Origin: Octopus bimaculoides
Lineage: Eukaryota
Assembly (NCBI RefSeq): GCF_001194135.2
Contig: NC_068991.1
Span: 15,422,849 to 15,455,272 of the forward strand
Length of the DNA stretch: 32,424 nucleotides
Reading direction: 5' to 3'
Below are positions 1 to 11,239 of the stretch, one piece after another; position 1 is the first letter of the stretch; each line of letters opens with the position of its first letter. Below the pieces are notes generated by a model, which was not told where the DNA came from, made no database searches, and saw only the letters and a program-made list of their open reading frames with translations. Made by a program: the position numbers and the translations under genes.

Positions 1-122
1 GTGGTCTAGCATATTAAAAAATCCGAAGATTAAAATTATATTACATACAAAAATAGGAGGAATGACCAGCAAAAGTGGACTCCTATATGCTAGAAATAGA
101 TGCTGGTCATTCCTCTTATTTT

Positions 123-161
<39 letters not shown>

Positions 162-260
162 TTCAAACATACTTCATTACTAGAGTGAACTGCCTATTGA
201 CTATCCTCCTCTCGCATTACAACTCCATGTTTACTTCCATTTCTTTCTCGTAGAGAAGTC

Positions 261-291
<31 letters not shown>

Positions 292-1109
292 ACTGCTGCT
301 GCTACTACTGTTGTTGTTGTTGTTGTTCAGCTCCAGGTCAGCCTTGATAAAGTTGATATGTAATCAAAGACTTTCCTGTTGTGATCATTCCTGCCTTTTC
401 GCACGTCGGCGACTATATTATCCTATGTACCCTCCTTTGGTTAGAACGGTAACGTATTCAAAGTAGAGAAAGCTCCAGGTTTTATAAGAGGCCGTCCATA
501 AATACATTCCTTTCCAATGATTTCAGAAGGAATGTTTTACCTCTGGCAAGCCAGCTGTCTTCTATAGCTATTCATAATTTTTCGTTTCTGCTGTCTCAAA
601 CAGAATTCCAGGCTTTTCATACTTACACTTGGTAGAAGAATTTATGGGAATAATTCGCCAAAATTTCATTGTGTTGACATGTATGTGCGTATTTAATCGC
701 AAGGACACTTGCTTTCATTTGTCCAAGAGCAATCTTTCCTGCTGATAGCATTGTATATTGCTTAACAACAACATCATAACACATTTGAAGACAGTACTTT
801 GTGGAAGACGCTGATCACGCGTAAGATCTTTCTCAGAAATGTAACATAATCGATTGCATCCTGAGAGTTTAAGGGATTTGCTGTGTTTTGGGATTTTTTT
901 TTTTTTGTTACATATTTTGTACGTATTTCTTGCTCAAGGATTGCAAAAGATAAGGTGGGGGGGGGGAAGCATAGAATTCAGATTTTTATTTATTTTGCTT
1001 TGTTTACTTATGCAATGAGACATTATGTCACATTCAAGATGTGCCGTGTTGCAATAGTCACAAGTCTCAAAAATGCTATACTCTGTATTATTATAATAAT
1101 CTTCCTTGC

Positions 1110-1582
1110 GTGGAGGCGCAATGGCCCAGTGATTAANNNNNNNNNNNNNNNNNNNNNNNNNNNNNNNNNNNNNNNNNNNNNNNNNNNNNNNNNNNNNNNN
1201 NNNNNNNNNNNNNNNNNNNNNNNNNNNNNNNNNNNNNNNNNNNNNNNNNNNNNNNNNNNNNNNNNNNNNNNNNAGTGTTTATTGAGCGAAAACACCTAAA
1301 GCTCCACGAGGCTCTGGCAGGGGATGGTGGCGAACCCTGCTGTACTCTTTCACCACAACTTTCTCTCACTCTTACTTCCTGTTTCTGTTGTGCCTGTAAT
1401 TCAAAGGGTCAGCCTTGTCACTCTCTGTGTCACGCTGAATATCCCCGAGAACTACGTTAAGGGAACACGTGTCTGTGGAGTGCTCAGCCACTTGCACGTT
1501 AATTTCACGAGTAGGCTGTTCTGTTGATCGGATCAACCGGAACCCTCGACGTCGTAAGCGACGGAGTACCAACAACAACAAC
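1110..1582 (+). mobile_element. SINE family A copy (tRNA-like head, (CAA)n tail), interrupted by N gap 1137-1273
   Basis: Starts GTGGAGGCGCAATGGCCCAGTG (A-box-like); body matches copies at 3768, 17490, 19598 and 20237; ends GGAGTACC(AAC)n. Confidence 0.9.
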
Positions 1583-1592
1583 ATCTTCCTTG

Positions 1593-1795
1593 CAAGACGG
1601 CAAGCTGGCGGAATCGTTTGAATACCGAGCAAAAATTTTATCGGCATTTCATCCGTCTTTACGTCCTGAGTTCAAATTCCGCCGGTATTGGTTTTGCCTT
1701 TCGTCCCTTCGGGGCCGATAAAATAAGTACCAGTTGAATGCTGGGGTCGATGTAATTGACTTAGAACCCCCCCCCCCACGAAACTGCTGGCCTTA
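1593..1795 (+). mobile_element. SINE family C copy (tRNA-derived, CORE-like)
   Basis: GGCAAGCTGGCGGAATCG...GAGTTCAAATTCC (B-box-like)...TTTGCCTTTCGTCCCTTCGGGGCCGATAAAATAAGTACCAG; reverse complement of the copies at 9398, 26890, 27175 and 30200. Confidence 0.85.
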
Positions 1796-2161
1796 TTATT
1801 CTCTCTATATTTACAAGAAAACATGTCAATATATGTATATGCGTATGTATGTCCTGAGAATGACTTTAAACTCCATTCGGTAGTGGGGCCCTGATTCGAG
1901 AATTCCGGGGGTTTGAGAATTATAAAATTATCTCTTAGCCACTATTGTTCCTAGGTCAACTCTGACCCGGAGTAGTCACACTTGTTAGGGTTCCAGCTAT
2001 GGGTTAACCAGCATGTGTGTTGACAATTCCATTCGAGCGTAGGCGACGCAGAAATAGTCTTAGTTGCTGTCAGCCCGCACGATAAAACCACCAGGCGTGA
2101 AGGTTTCCTAGCTGTGTTGCCACAGTATCCTTCTAGGAGAGAAATACTCTGATGTAAAACC

Positions 2162-2233
2162 TACGTGATAACTGGTCATCTCGTTTTACGTGATAACTGG
2201 TCATCTCGTTTTACGTGATAACTGGTCATCTCG
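2162..2233. repeat. Perfect 25-bp tandem repeat, about 2.9 copies
   Basis: Unit TACGTGATAACTGGTCATCTCGTTT at 2162, 2187 and 2212 (last copy partial). Confidence 0.97.
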
Positions 2234-2580
2234 CTTCTTCCTGTCACTAGGTTCAGATCACGGAGATTCAGTGGGTGGTACTTGTGTTGTATAAGCATTT
2301 ATCACTTTTCTACTTTGTGCTAGTGTCTACAAAGAACTAATGTGTTTTTATTATTTATATAAAAATCTCAGTCGCTGCTTAATATATATAATTTGTCAGC
2401 TTCACGTGCGAAAATGAACATGTAGTCATAAATTATGTATATCAGGATATCATTGTAAAATTCGATATTTTTGATGAAAAATGAAATTCATAAATTTGAA
2501 TAAATTATAAATTTACGACAAAAAATATTTGATACAAAGTTAAGCAACATGCTGTTTATATAAACACTAATTTCAGTCGA

Positions 2581-2661
2581 GTGGAAGCGCAATGGCCCAG
2601 TGGTTAGGGCAGCGGACTCGCGGTCGTAGGATCGCGGTTTCGATTCTCAGAAGAACAACAG
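2581..2661 (+). mobile_element. Head-only mini-SINE of family A with 12-bp target-site duplication
   Basis: About 70 bp of tRNA-like head followed directly by AAGAACAACAG; flanked by AATTTCAGTCGA at 2569-2580 and 2662-2673. Confidence 0.9.
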
Positions 2662-2920
2662 AATTTCAGTCGAAAAAGAAAACAAAACAAATTCTGATTT
2701 TTAGTGGCGAGACTCGAACCAGACATCTAACGACTTACCAGGTATTCATTTACTGACGGTGCAATATTGTGAGTTTGCTTAATAGCGCAATTTGAATAAG
2801 ACACAAATGTCTTGTAAGTGAATGTGTTACTCTTCACGTATAATTTATCATGCCCTTCAGCAGTGTGGAATTGTCAAGACGGCTACTTTCGATGAAAATT
2901 AATACCACCGATATAAATAA

Positions 2921-3066
2921 ATGATATATATATATATGTGTGTGTGTGTACATAAGTGTGTGTGTTTATGTGTACTTGCGTGTACTTGCATATATATTTA
3001 CATACATATATATTTATACATTAAATGTGTGTGTGTATNNNNNNNNNNATATATTTATACATTAAA

Positions 3067-3098
<32 letters not shown>

Positions 3099-3209
3099 CA
3101 TGTGTGTGTGTGTGTGTAAGTGTGTGTGAGTACGTGTGAGTACGTGCGAGTGTGTGTGCGTGTATATGCGTGCCTGTGTGTGTACACACACATCTGTACA
3201 TATATACAT

Positions 3210-3242
<33 letters not shown>

Positions 3243-3345
3243 CACGCACACATTTAATGTATAAATATATATGTATGTAAATATATATGCAAGTACACGC
3301 AAGTACACATAAACACACACAGACACACTTATGTATTATACACTT
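2921..3345. repeat. (TA)n/(TG)n/(CA)n microsatellite complex with a 10-N gap
   Basis: Direct reading; N at 3039-3048. Confidence 0.9.
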
Positions 3346-3767
3346 AGACATACGTGGGCTGGGAGTATATATCAAACATTTGTACAAGCAATGAATAAGA
3401 AATTATGAAGTGTCTTTATTGTTTTGACAACCAAAATAAATAAAAACAAAAGGAAAAAAAAACCAACGAACAAAACAAAACAAATCAAACCAGGAAAGTA
3501 AGAAAACGGCCAAAATACTGTTTGTTAAGAGCTGTACTTTAGATTGAAGAATATACAGTTCGTGTGTATTATTGCACGTCTGTCTAGCGAGTCTTTTATG
3601 TTACTCGGGGAGAAGTACAAAACCAATGGGTTTTTTTTTTTTGCGTCTCTGAGAATAGCGGGAGAGATTGAAAGGAGAACGTTGGAAGCTATCAACGAAC
3701 CGGAGATCATCCGTGGAACAGGCCGTGGTGTTAAACTGGACGATTCGCTTACGTCTATTGCCCAAGT

Positions 3768-4155
3768 GTGGAGGCGCAATGGCCCAGTGGTTAAGGCAAC
3801 GGACTCGCGGTCATAGAATCGCGGCTTCGATTCCCAGACCGGGTGTTGTGAGTGTTTATTGAGCGAAAACACCTAAAAGTTCCACGAGGCTCCGGCAGGG
3901 GATGGTGGCGAACCCTGCTGTACTCTCCCACCACAACTTTCTCTCACTCTTACTTCCTGTTTTTGTTGTGCCTGTAATTCAAAGGGTCAGCATTGTCACA
4001 CTGTGTCACGCTGAATATTCCCGAGAACTACGTTAAGGGTACACGTGTCTGTGGAGTGCTCAGCCACTTGCACGTTAATTTCACGAACAGGCTGTTCCGT
4101 TGATCGGATCAACTGGAACCCTCGACGTCGTAAGCAACGGAGTGCCAACCAAAAA
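3768..4155 (+). mobile_element. Full-length SINE family A copy with 11-bp TSD
   Basis: A-box-like TGGCCCAGTGG and B-box-like GGCTTCGATTCC; TSD ATTGCCCAAGT at 3757-3767 and about 4156-4166. Confidence 0.95.
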
Positions 4156-4570
4156 ATTGCCCAAGTAGGTGACCTAATCTAGCAAAGCACAGAGAAAACT
4201 AAACGTAGCTGAGGAGTTTCAACGTCTTCGAAACGTGCGCAGAATTATCACCTGTGTTTGCCGTACAGGTAAGATTAAAATAGTATTAACTATTGAACTA
4301 AGGTGATTTTTTTCCCTACGTTCGACAAGTAAGTATTAATTGATTAGAATGATTTTCATCCACAGTATAATGTAGCATGATGACATGAATTACATAGTAG
4401 GATCTGACTTGGACTGCAGAATTAATTATATGCCTGTTTTCGTCACGATTTTTCTGAACAAACATATTTGGCTTAGATACAAGACTCACAAAGAAGAAAA
4501 CAATAATTAGCACTTTCCATTGAATTGCTTCCTGTGTGTATATACTTTTCTTTCTTTCTTTCTCTCTCTC

Positions 4571-4634
<64 letters not shown>

Positions 4635-4952
4635 TGGAAAAGGATGCGTGGCTTTCGATCATATAATAATATAAACAATATATAAATATATGCATATATA
4701 CATAGATATATGTACATACCTACATATATATATATGTATATATACATGCATATATGGGTACAGGACATAAAAAAAATGTTGACAGAATAAGAAACGAGAA
4801 CATAAAAAACAAAAACATAGACAACGAACTCTTTTTCGAACAACGGAAAAAAACAAACAAACAGGGAAACGAAACATGCAACATAAAGAACATTCCCTTC
4901 ATCAGTTGTTCCCTGTTTTATCTACTCCGCGTTTCGAAGATAAGGACATATA

Positions 4953-5346
4953 TTCTTTTATTCTTTTATTTGTTTCAGTCATTTGACTGCGGCCATGCTG
5001 GAGCACCGCCTTTAGTCGAGCAAATCGACCCCGGGATTTATTCTTTGTAAGCCTAGTACTTATTCTATCGGTCTCTTTTGCCGAACCGCTAAGTTACGGG
5101 GACATAAACACACCAGCATCGGTTGTCAAGCAATGCTAGGGGGACAAACACACACACACAAACACACACACATACACATATATATATATACATATATACG
5201 ACGAGCTTCTTTCAGTTTCCGTCTACCAAATCCACTCACAAGGCTTTGGTCGGCCCGAGGCTATAGTAGAAGACACTTGCCCAAGGTGCCACGCAGTGGG
5301 ACTGAACCCGGAACCATGTAGTTGGTAAGCAAGCTACTTACCACAC
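4953..5346 (-). mobile_element. SINE family B copy (tRNA-like head, CORE-like CCTTGGGCAAGTGTCTT, internal (TA/TG)n)
   Basis: Reverse complement of the copies at 14148-14500 and 21238-21603. Confidence 0.92.
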
Positions 5347-5959
5347 ACATATATATATATATATAATTTCTTTAATATTCTCAAACAACCGAAGACCTGA
5401 GGAAGGTTTACTTACTGCAACAGCTATATTGTTCAAAATTGTACAAAAAAAATTATAAAACAAGCAAAAAGAGAAAAAATAAAGCAGAAGATACAAACAG
5501 ATGAGGAAACAAAAAAAAAGTGTATTAGTTTGATTCTCAGGAAAAATGGAAAAGTCTTTGATGTTTCGAGCTTACGCTCTTCTACAGAAAGGAATGGGAA
5601 AGGAATATCCTGGCAAACTTCGTGCAAGTTTATTATTCATTATTACGATAATAGATAACTCTGATAAACTTCCTGTTGTGTTAAGATATACCTCATTGGT
5701 ATGTCAGAGAGATCTGGCGTTACATGTAAGTTATCTGTTCACCGCCATTTTGGACATCCTTTTAAGCATGTTCTTTTCTTTAATGGTTTCTCAACTTTGA
5801 TTCTTGATATTATCTCCCCTTCTCGTATGGAGCTGGTTTTAATCGTCTTTTAATAATTATGACACACCCTCCAATGTTGGAAACGATTGTAATAAATCAA
5901 GAATTTATTTTGTGGTATTTGAAATACCCGCACTAGTCATTGTTGTTAGGTATTACTAT

Positions 5960-6100
5960 TGTGAAGGTATGTGGTTTAATAGAGAGGTTGCTGAGCTTAT
6001 GATCCTAAAATCGTAGGTTCAATTCCTGGACGAAATGGTGACTTATATTATTAAGCAAGGCATCTCATTTCACGTTGCTCAAGCCAACTAAGCTGACGAG
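5960..6100 (+). mobile_element. Old, diverged tRNA-derived SINE fragment
   Basis: B-box-like AGGTTCAATTCC followed by AGCAAGGCATCTCATTTCACGTTGCTC; the motif TTCACGTTG recurs in the 7890 element. Confidence 0.55.
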
Positions 6101-6139
6101 TACTGCTAGACGAGTACTACTAGCATGGCCCTTTCTCTC

Positions 6140-7405
6140 ACTCTAACTGACACATCAGAGATGAGATAGTTAAAGGAAATAGACACACTAGTCACTACAG
6201 AAATGAAAACGAAAATTGACGAGTACATCAGAAGCGTGAGGAAGCTAATGAAGCCAAAGCTAAATGGTCCGAATCTAGTGAAGGCTGTACATATTTGGGC
6301 AGTATCATTACTTAGATACACAGCAGCTTTTATAGATTGAACAAAAACTGAATTAGCAAAGCTAGACAGAAGAATTAGGAAGGAATTCAATATAAATGGA
6401 GGACTCCACCCAAGGGTAGGAGTAGCAAGAATATACTTACCTAGAAAGAGGATTAATATCAGAAGACTGGAGTTAGCTAGAGTAGATATAGTCTCCTATG
6501 TAGGTAATGGTGAAGAAAGTTTATTAAAAACTGCTAGAGTCACAGTAAGACGTAGAGAAACCAAAAACCCAAACGAAGTTAAATACCAAAAAAGAGAACA
6601 GAAGCTATCTGACTGGCAGGAGAAGGCGTTGCATGGTACATTAGCAAAGATATTTACAGCAACTAGTAGTTGTGAGACATGACTATAGTTGCTGAAAGGA
6701 AAGCTGAAAAGGGAGACAGAGAGTTTGTTAGTATCTGCACAAGATCAAGCATTTAGGACTAATTAGATAAAAGCCGAGACAAAAACCAAGTAGATTCTCA
6801 ATGTAGATTATGCAAATCAAAAGAAGAAAGCGTTACTGGTATAGTAAGTGAATGTAGCATGCTGACACAGAAAGAATACAATAAAAACATGACAACCTAG
6901 GGAGAGTAATCCACTGGGAGCTTTGTAGAAAACTTGGATTTGAACATATTAATAAATCGTATGAACATGAACCGGGTAAAGTGCTAAAAAGTAAGAAATA
7001 CAAGATGTAGGACTGACAGAGTAATAGATGCTAGAATGCCTGATTTAGTAGTAGTAGATAAAGAGAACAGAAAGTGTCAGATAATTGACTTTACAGTCTC
7101 ACATGATGAAAGAATCAATATGAGAGGTACAGAAAAAATAGCAAAGTACCAGGACCTAGCCATTGAAGTACAGAGACTATGGAAGGTGCGGGTAAAATGT
7201 TTCTCAGTAGTTATAGGTGCACTGGGAACTATGCCTAAAAATCAAAGGAAATAGGCATAAAACCCAATTTAGTACAGCTCCAGAAAACAGTGTTATTAGG
7301 GACAGCTAGGACACTTAGGAGGGTTCTTGGCATCTAAGGTTGCTTGTTGTAGCCCGATGTTAGGATTTTTTTTTCTTTTCCAACAGTCTAATCTGTTGTG
7401 TGTAC

Positions 7406-7406
<1 letters not shown>
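6140..7406 (+). mobile_element. 5'-truncated, decayed non-LTR retrotransposon with restriction-like endonuclease (R4/Dong-like)
   Basis: Broken frames give EYIRSVRKLMKPKLNG, LHPR, WQEKALHG, LKRETESLLVSAQDQA, a degenerate CCHC finger (CRLCKSKEES...SEC) and the RLE motif PDLVVVDKENRKCQIIDF...KYQDLAIEVQRLW...VVIGALG; followed by sense-strand (TAA)n. Confidence 0.9.

Positions 7407-7477
<71 letters not shown>
7407..7477. repeat. (TAA)n microsatellite at the LINE 3' end
   Basis: Direct reading. Confidence 0.97.
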
Positions 7478-7889
7478 TTGATAATAATTGGGCTTCGTAT
7501 ATTTTACCCCAGTGTCACTTTGATGGCATGCTTTGCTCTCTCACTCAATAATAATAACTTATTTATTTACTGATGTCTTCTAATTCCATTCAGAAGATAC
7601 ACGGGAGAAAGGAAAGAAAAAAGAAAACGAAGAAGGAGAAAGAATAACAAGAGACAATATTAGTCAATATTTTTGGAATCCACGATAGAGTTGGCAAGAG
7701 TTCTACGTCTGATCAAAGACAAAGAAAGGATTTTTTTTATTCTTTCAAATATTCCTGCAACTTGCTTTATAAAAGAATTTTATTTATCCGATACTAGTAA
7801 AGTACTGCTAGAAATAGCAGCCAAATTTCCGTCAAATGAGACCAGACTCGAGCAATGTCATATTGGACAGTGAAGTCCTTGATACGCTA

Positions 7890-8155
7890 TGTTGGGGAGG
7901 CTTGCGGTTTATTGGTTAGGGTGTTGGATTCATGATCGTAAGATTGTGGTTTCGATTCCTGGGCCGGGCGATGAGTTGTGTTCAGAAAAATATTTAATTC
8001 ACGTTGTTCCAGTCTATTCAACTGACAAAATCTGTATTCTCGCGACGGACTGGCATCCCATCCAAAGAGTGAGAGTGGGAATATTTATATATATTCCATC
8101 GAAACCGGGAAAGCGGCCTTATGAGTCTATAAGATACGGAGTGGAACAGAACGGG
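7890..8155 (+). mobile_element. tRNA-derived SINE with a conserved-domain-like GACTGGCATCCCATCCA segment
   Basis: Degenerate A box, B-box-like GGTTTCGATTCC, then GCGACGGACTGGCATCCCATCCA...GAAACCGGGAAA; the same segment occurs inverted at about 22030-22115. Confidence 0.7.
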
Positions 8156-8714
8156 CTATACCGTAAAAAGAAAAAAAAAAGCAGTCGAAATGGTCACAGT
8201 TTGGAATGTCGTTGATCATAGTAACAAAAGCAACAACATGATGTTTCTATAGAAACCAAAATGGTTAACATATTCGTAGAGATTTTAGTATTTGTCCAAT
8301 AACAAATGTTTTTGTTTGTTTGTTTGTTTTCTTTCCTTCAAGACAGCGAGAAAGCTCCTTATGAGATCGCTCGCTCTGCTGTTTCTAAAATGGTTAACAT
8401 TCGGTTTAAGATTTAAAAGAAAAATTGCAAGTTCATTACTGGAAGTTGCAGCATTCCAGTAATGAACTCCTACTTCATAAAGAGAACTTAAAAAGAGAAC
8501 TAATGAAATCCTTAATTTTATTTCGCTACTGTTCCAACGTACTGTATCTAGTAACAGACACCATTGAGAATACAATTCGGTTGTTTGCACGTCGACATAT
8601 AATCATCAACATTATTACATGTGGTCATTGCAATAACTCTGCATGACTGCTGAGCGAAAATCGGCGGGAACTGGCGGAAACCGGCGGAAATTAGCGGGAA
8701 TAAGCGCAGAAAAA

Positions 8715-9318
8715 AGCTAAGCGCATAAAAACCCGTGCTAAAACTGCTGCCATAGATATTCTGACTGAAAAATGGCAAGAAAAACCTCTCAATGGCAAAT
8801 ACCCAAAGAGCGCGAATAATGCCGATGTTGACAAAGCCCTTACCCATCAATGGCTAATGGCTTCTGGCTTGAAATCAGAAACAGAGGGGTTTATCATAGC
8901 AGCCCAAGATCAATGCCTACCTACAAAGAACTACCAGGCCAACATATTACAGAACGGAACCTGAAGACTAAAACATTACTTGTTGTCATAGGTGCCCTAG
9001 GAATGATAGCAAAAAGGGCTGATTGTTACCTAGCTCAGATACCAGGAAACCCCAAAATGGCAGAAATTCAAAAGATAGTGCTCATGGGAACTGCCCGTAC
9101 CCTACGTAAAAGACTGTCTATGCAATCTCAAATTTTAAAACAAACACATAATTTTCTTATGGTTTCTTAAAATTCTCTGGAACAACACTATGTACAAAAC
9201 CAAATATATGGCACCCTAGACATAAAACCAACATGAACCTCTAACTTGTTGTTTCTTGAGGTCTCTGGGTGAAACTTGGAGCCAACTTGTACAAATGTAA
9301 AGCAAAAATCAAACATAA
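8715..9318 (+). mobile_element. Internally deleted R4/Dong-like LINE fragment
   Basis: KWQEKPLNGKYP...HQWLMASGLKSETEGFIIAAQDQCLPTKNYQANILQNGT, then a jump at about 8960 to LKTKTLLVVIGALGMI...IQKIVLMGTARTLRK; followed by a 3' UTR and (TAA)n at 9319-9395. Confidence 0.88.
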
Positions 9319-9371
<53 letters not shown>

Positions 9372-9397
9372 TAAAAATAAAAATAATAATAATAACA

Positions 9398-9608
9398 ACA
9401 ATTTTGGCACAAGGTCAGTAAATTCGAGGCAGGGGGTAAATCTATTCTATCGACCCCAGTACTCAACTGGTATTTATCTTATCGACCCCGAAAGGATGAA
9501 AGGCAAAGTCGACTCTGGCGGTATTTGAACTCAGAACATAAAGACGGACGAAATGCCGCTAAGCATTTTTCCCAATGTGATAACGATTCTGTGAGATGGC
9601 CGCCTTAA
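9398..9608 (-). mobile_element. SINE family C copy
   Basis: ATCGACCCCGAAAGGATGAAAGGCAAAGTCGAC...GAACTCAG core shared with the other C copies. Confidence 0.88.
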
Positions 9609-9759
9609 CCACAGTATCTCTGACAGCAACAACACCAACAACAACAACAGCAACCACAGCAACAAAAAGAAAGAAAATTACAGCAGTAAAGATAGCAGCA
9701 AACAAAAACAAAAACAACAACAGTAACAACATCACGCCACCATCATCACCACCACCACC

Positions 9760-9790
<31 letters not shown>

Positions 9791-10173
9791 TCTACTAATG
9801 AATAAGTACAGATAGTATCGACATCTGTTGGTTCGAATCTTTGTGTCCAGTGACGTGTTCACATCACGTGACCTTGATTCAGCCAGAAGCCGAGACTGTC
9901 TGAATACTAATTAAAAGTACATTTCGATGACCTGTTCAACATAAAATAATTAAGTCGCCACATAAGTGTGTGTGTGTGTGTGTGAGTGGGTGTGGGTGTG
10001 TGGGTGTCTATGCACGCTTTCGTTTTGATATTTCCATAACAGTCATACATACATACATATATATATATGTATATACATACATACATACATATATATGTAT
10101 ATATGAATATATATGCGTGTGTATATATATATATATACACTTTATGACATATATATTACTACATACATACATA

Positions 10174-11057
10174 GGAGGCCTTATCGATAAGTATCCGGAC
10201 TGGTGACATAGTAACGAAGCTAAAGCACGCAGAGTAAAGCCACTTGGTAAAGATTGACCTTCAATTCTTTTATGCATGCGCACAACGTTTTAACTTTGTA
10301 GCTCACTTCCGCTGTTTACAGCAGTGCTTGGAAGGAAGGTGTGTAACGTGTGATCACCGCATTGACCATGGCATTGAAAGTTGTCATGGTGATACCTGCT
10401 CAGAGGCCTACGTAAAGTCGCAGAAAGTGTATGGAGGGGAGTGTATGAACCGCACATAAGTGTACGAGTGGTTCAGACATTTCCAAGATGGCCGAAAAAA
10501 TATTTGTATTGACGAACGTTCTGGGAGACCCGCAACCAGCAGAACTGAGAAAAAAACATCGCAGATATGTGTGCAGCTGAGACGAGAAATCGTCGAATCA
10601 CCATCCGTGAGTTATCAGAGGATGTGCAGATTAGTTACGGCCCAGTTCAGACCATTATCACTGAAGATTTGGGTACGAGACGCGTGTCTGCCAAGTTTGT
10701 GCCAAAACTACTTTCAGCTGACCAAAAAGACACTCGGCTTTCGCTTGCACAAGATCTCCTTGATTGTGTCGAAAACAATGAAAACTTAGTAGGTCTCTGA
10801 GCAGGTATCACCAAGCTTTTAGCAAAATTTGATGCAAATTCTCTGCTCAACTTTCTCTGTTGTGATTAATGCGACGATTGCACACTACACATGTTCCTTC
10901 CAAGCACTGCTGTAAGCAGCTGAAATGAGCTACAAAGTTAAAATTTAGTGCGCATGCACAGCAGAGTTGAAGGTCAATCTGTGCCAAGCGACTTCATTCT
11001 CCGTGCTTTAGCTTAATTACTATGGCAACAGTCCGGACACTTATTGATCAGACTGTG
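10174..11057 (+). mobile_element. Non-autonomous fold-back mariner derivative (two 5' ends) carrying an N-terminal transposase remnant
   Basis: Inverted arms 10174-10411 and 10789-11057. The middle encodes VYEWFRHFQDGR...DERSGRP...RRITIRELSE...SAKFVPKLL (HTH region plus the mariner WVPHEL-like motif). Left flank is TA. Confidence 0.92.
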
Positions 11058-11239
11058 ACAAGCAGTGTTTAGTAGGGTGTGTTCAGAATGTTGTTACAAC
11101 CGTTTCCTTCAACCTGGAATAACAAAACATGGCAGGTCAACTTATTAGATGTATAGTAATGATATACGAAACTTAAAACAATCCAGAGGAGTTATAAACT
11201 GCCTCTTCTAAAACAAAAGTATCAAAATTCGTCTATATT

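Noticed and set aside
2162-2233. CRISPR-like repeat
   Set aside because: Units are directly adjacent with no spacers, there are no cas genes, and the context is eukaryotic.
3768-3840. tRNA gene
   Set aside because: A/B boxes and a D-stem are present, but the anticodon arm is non-canonical and the head continues into a repeated SINE body; the source tRNA identity is not assigned.
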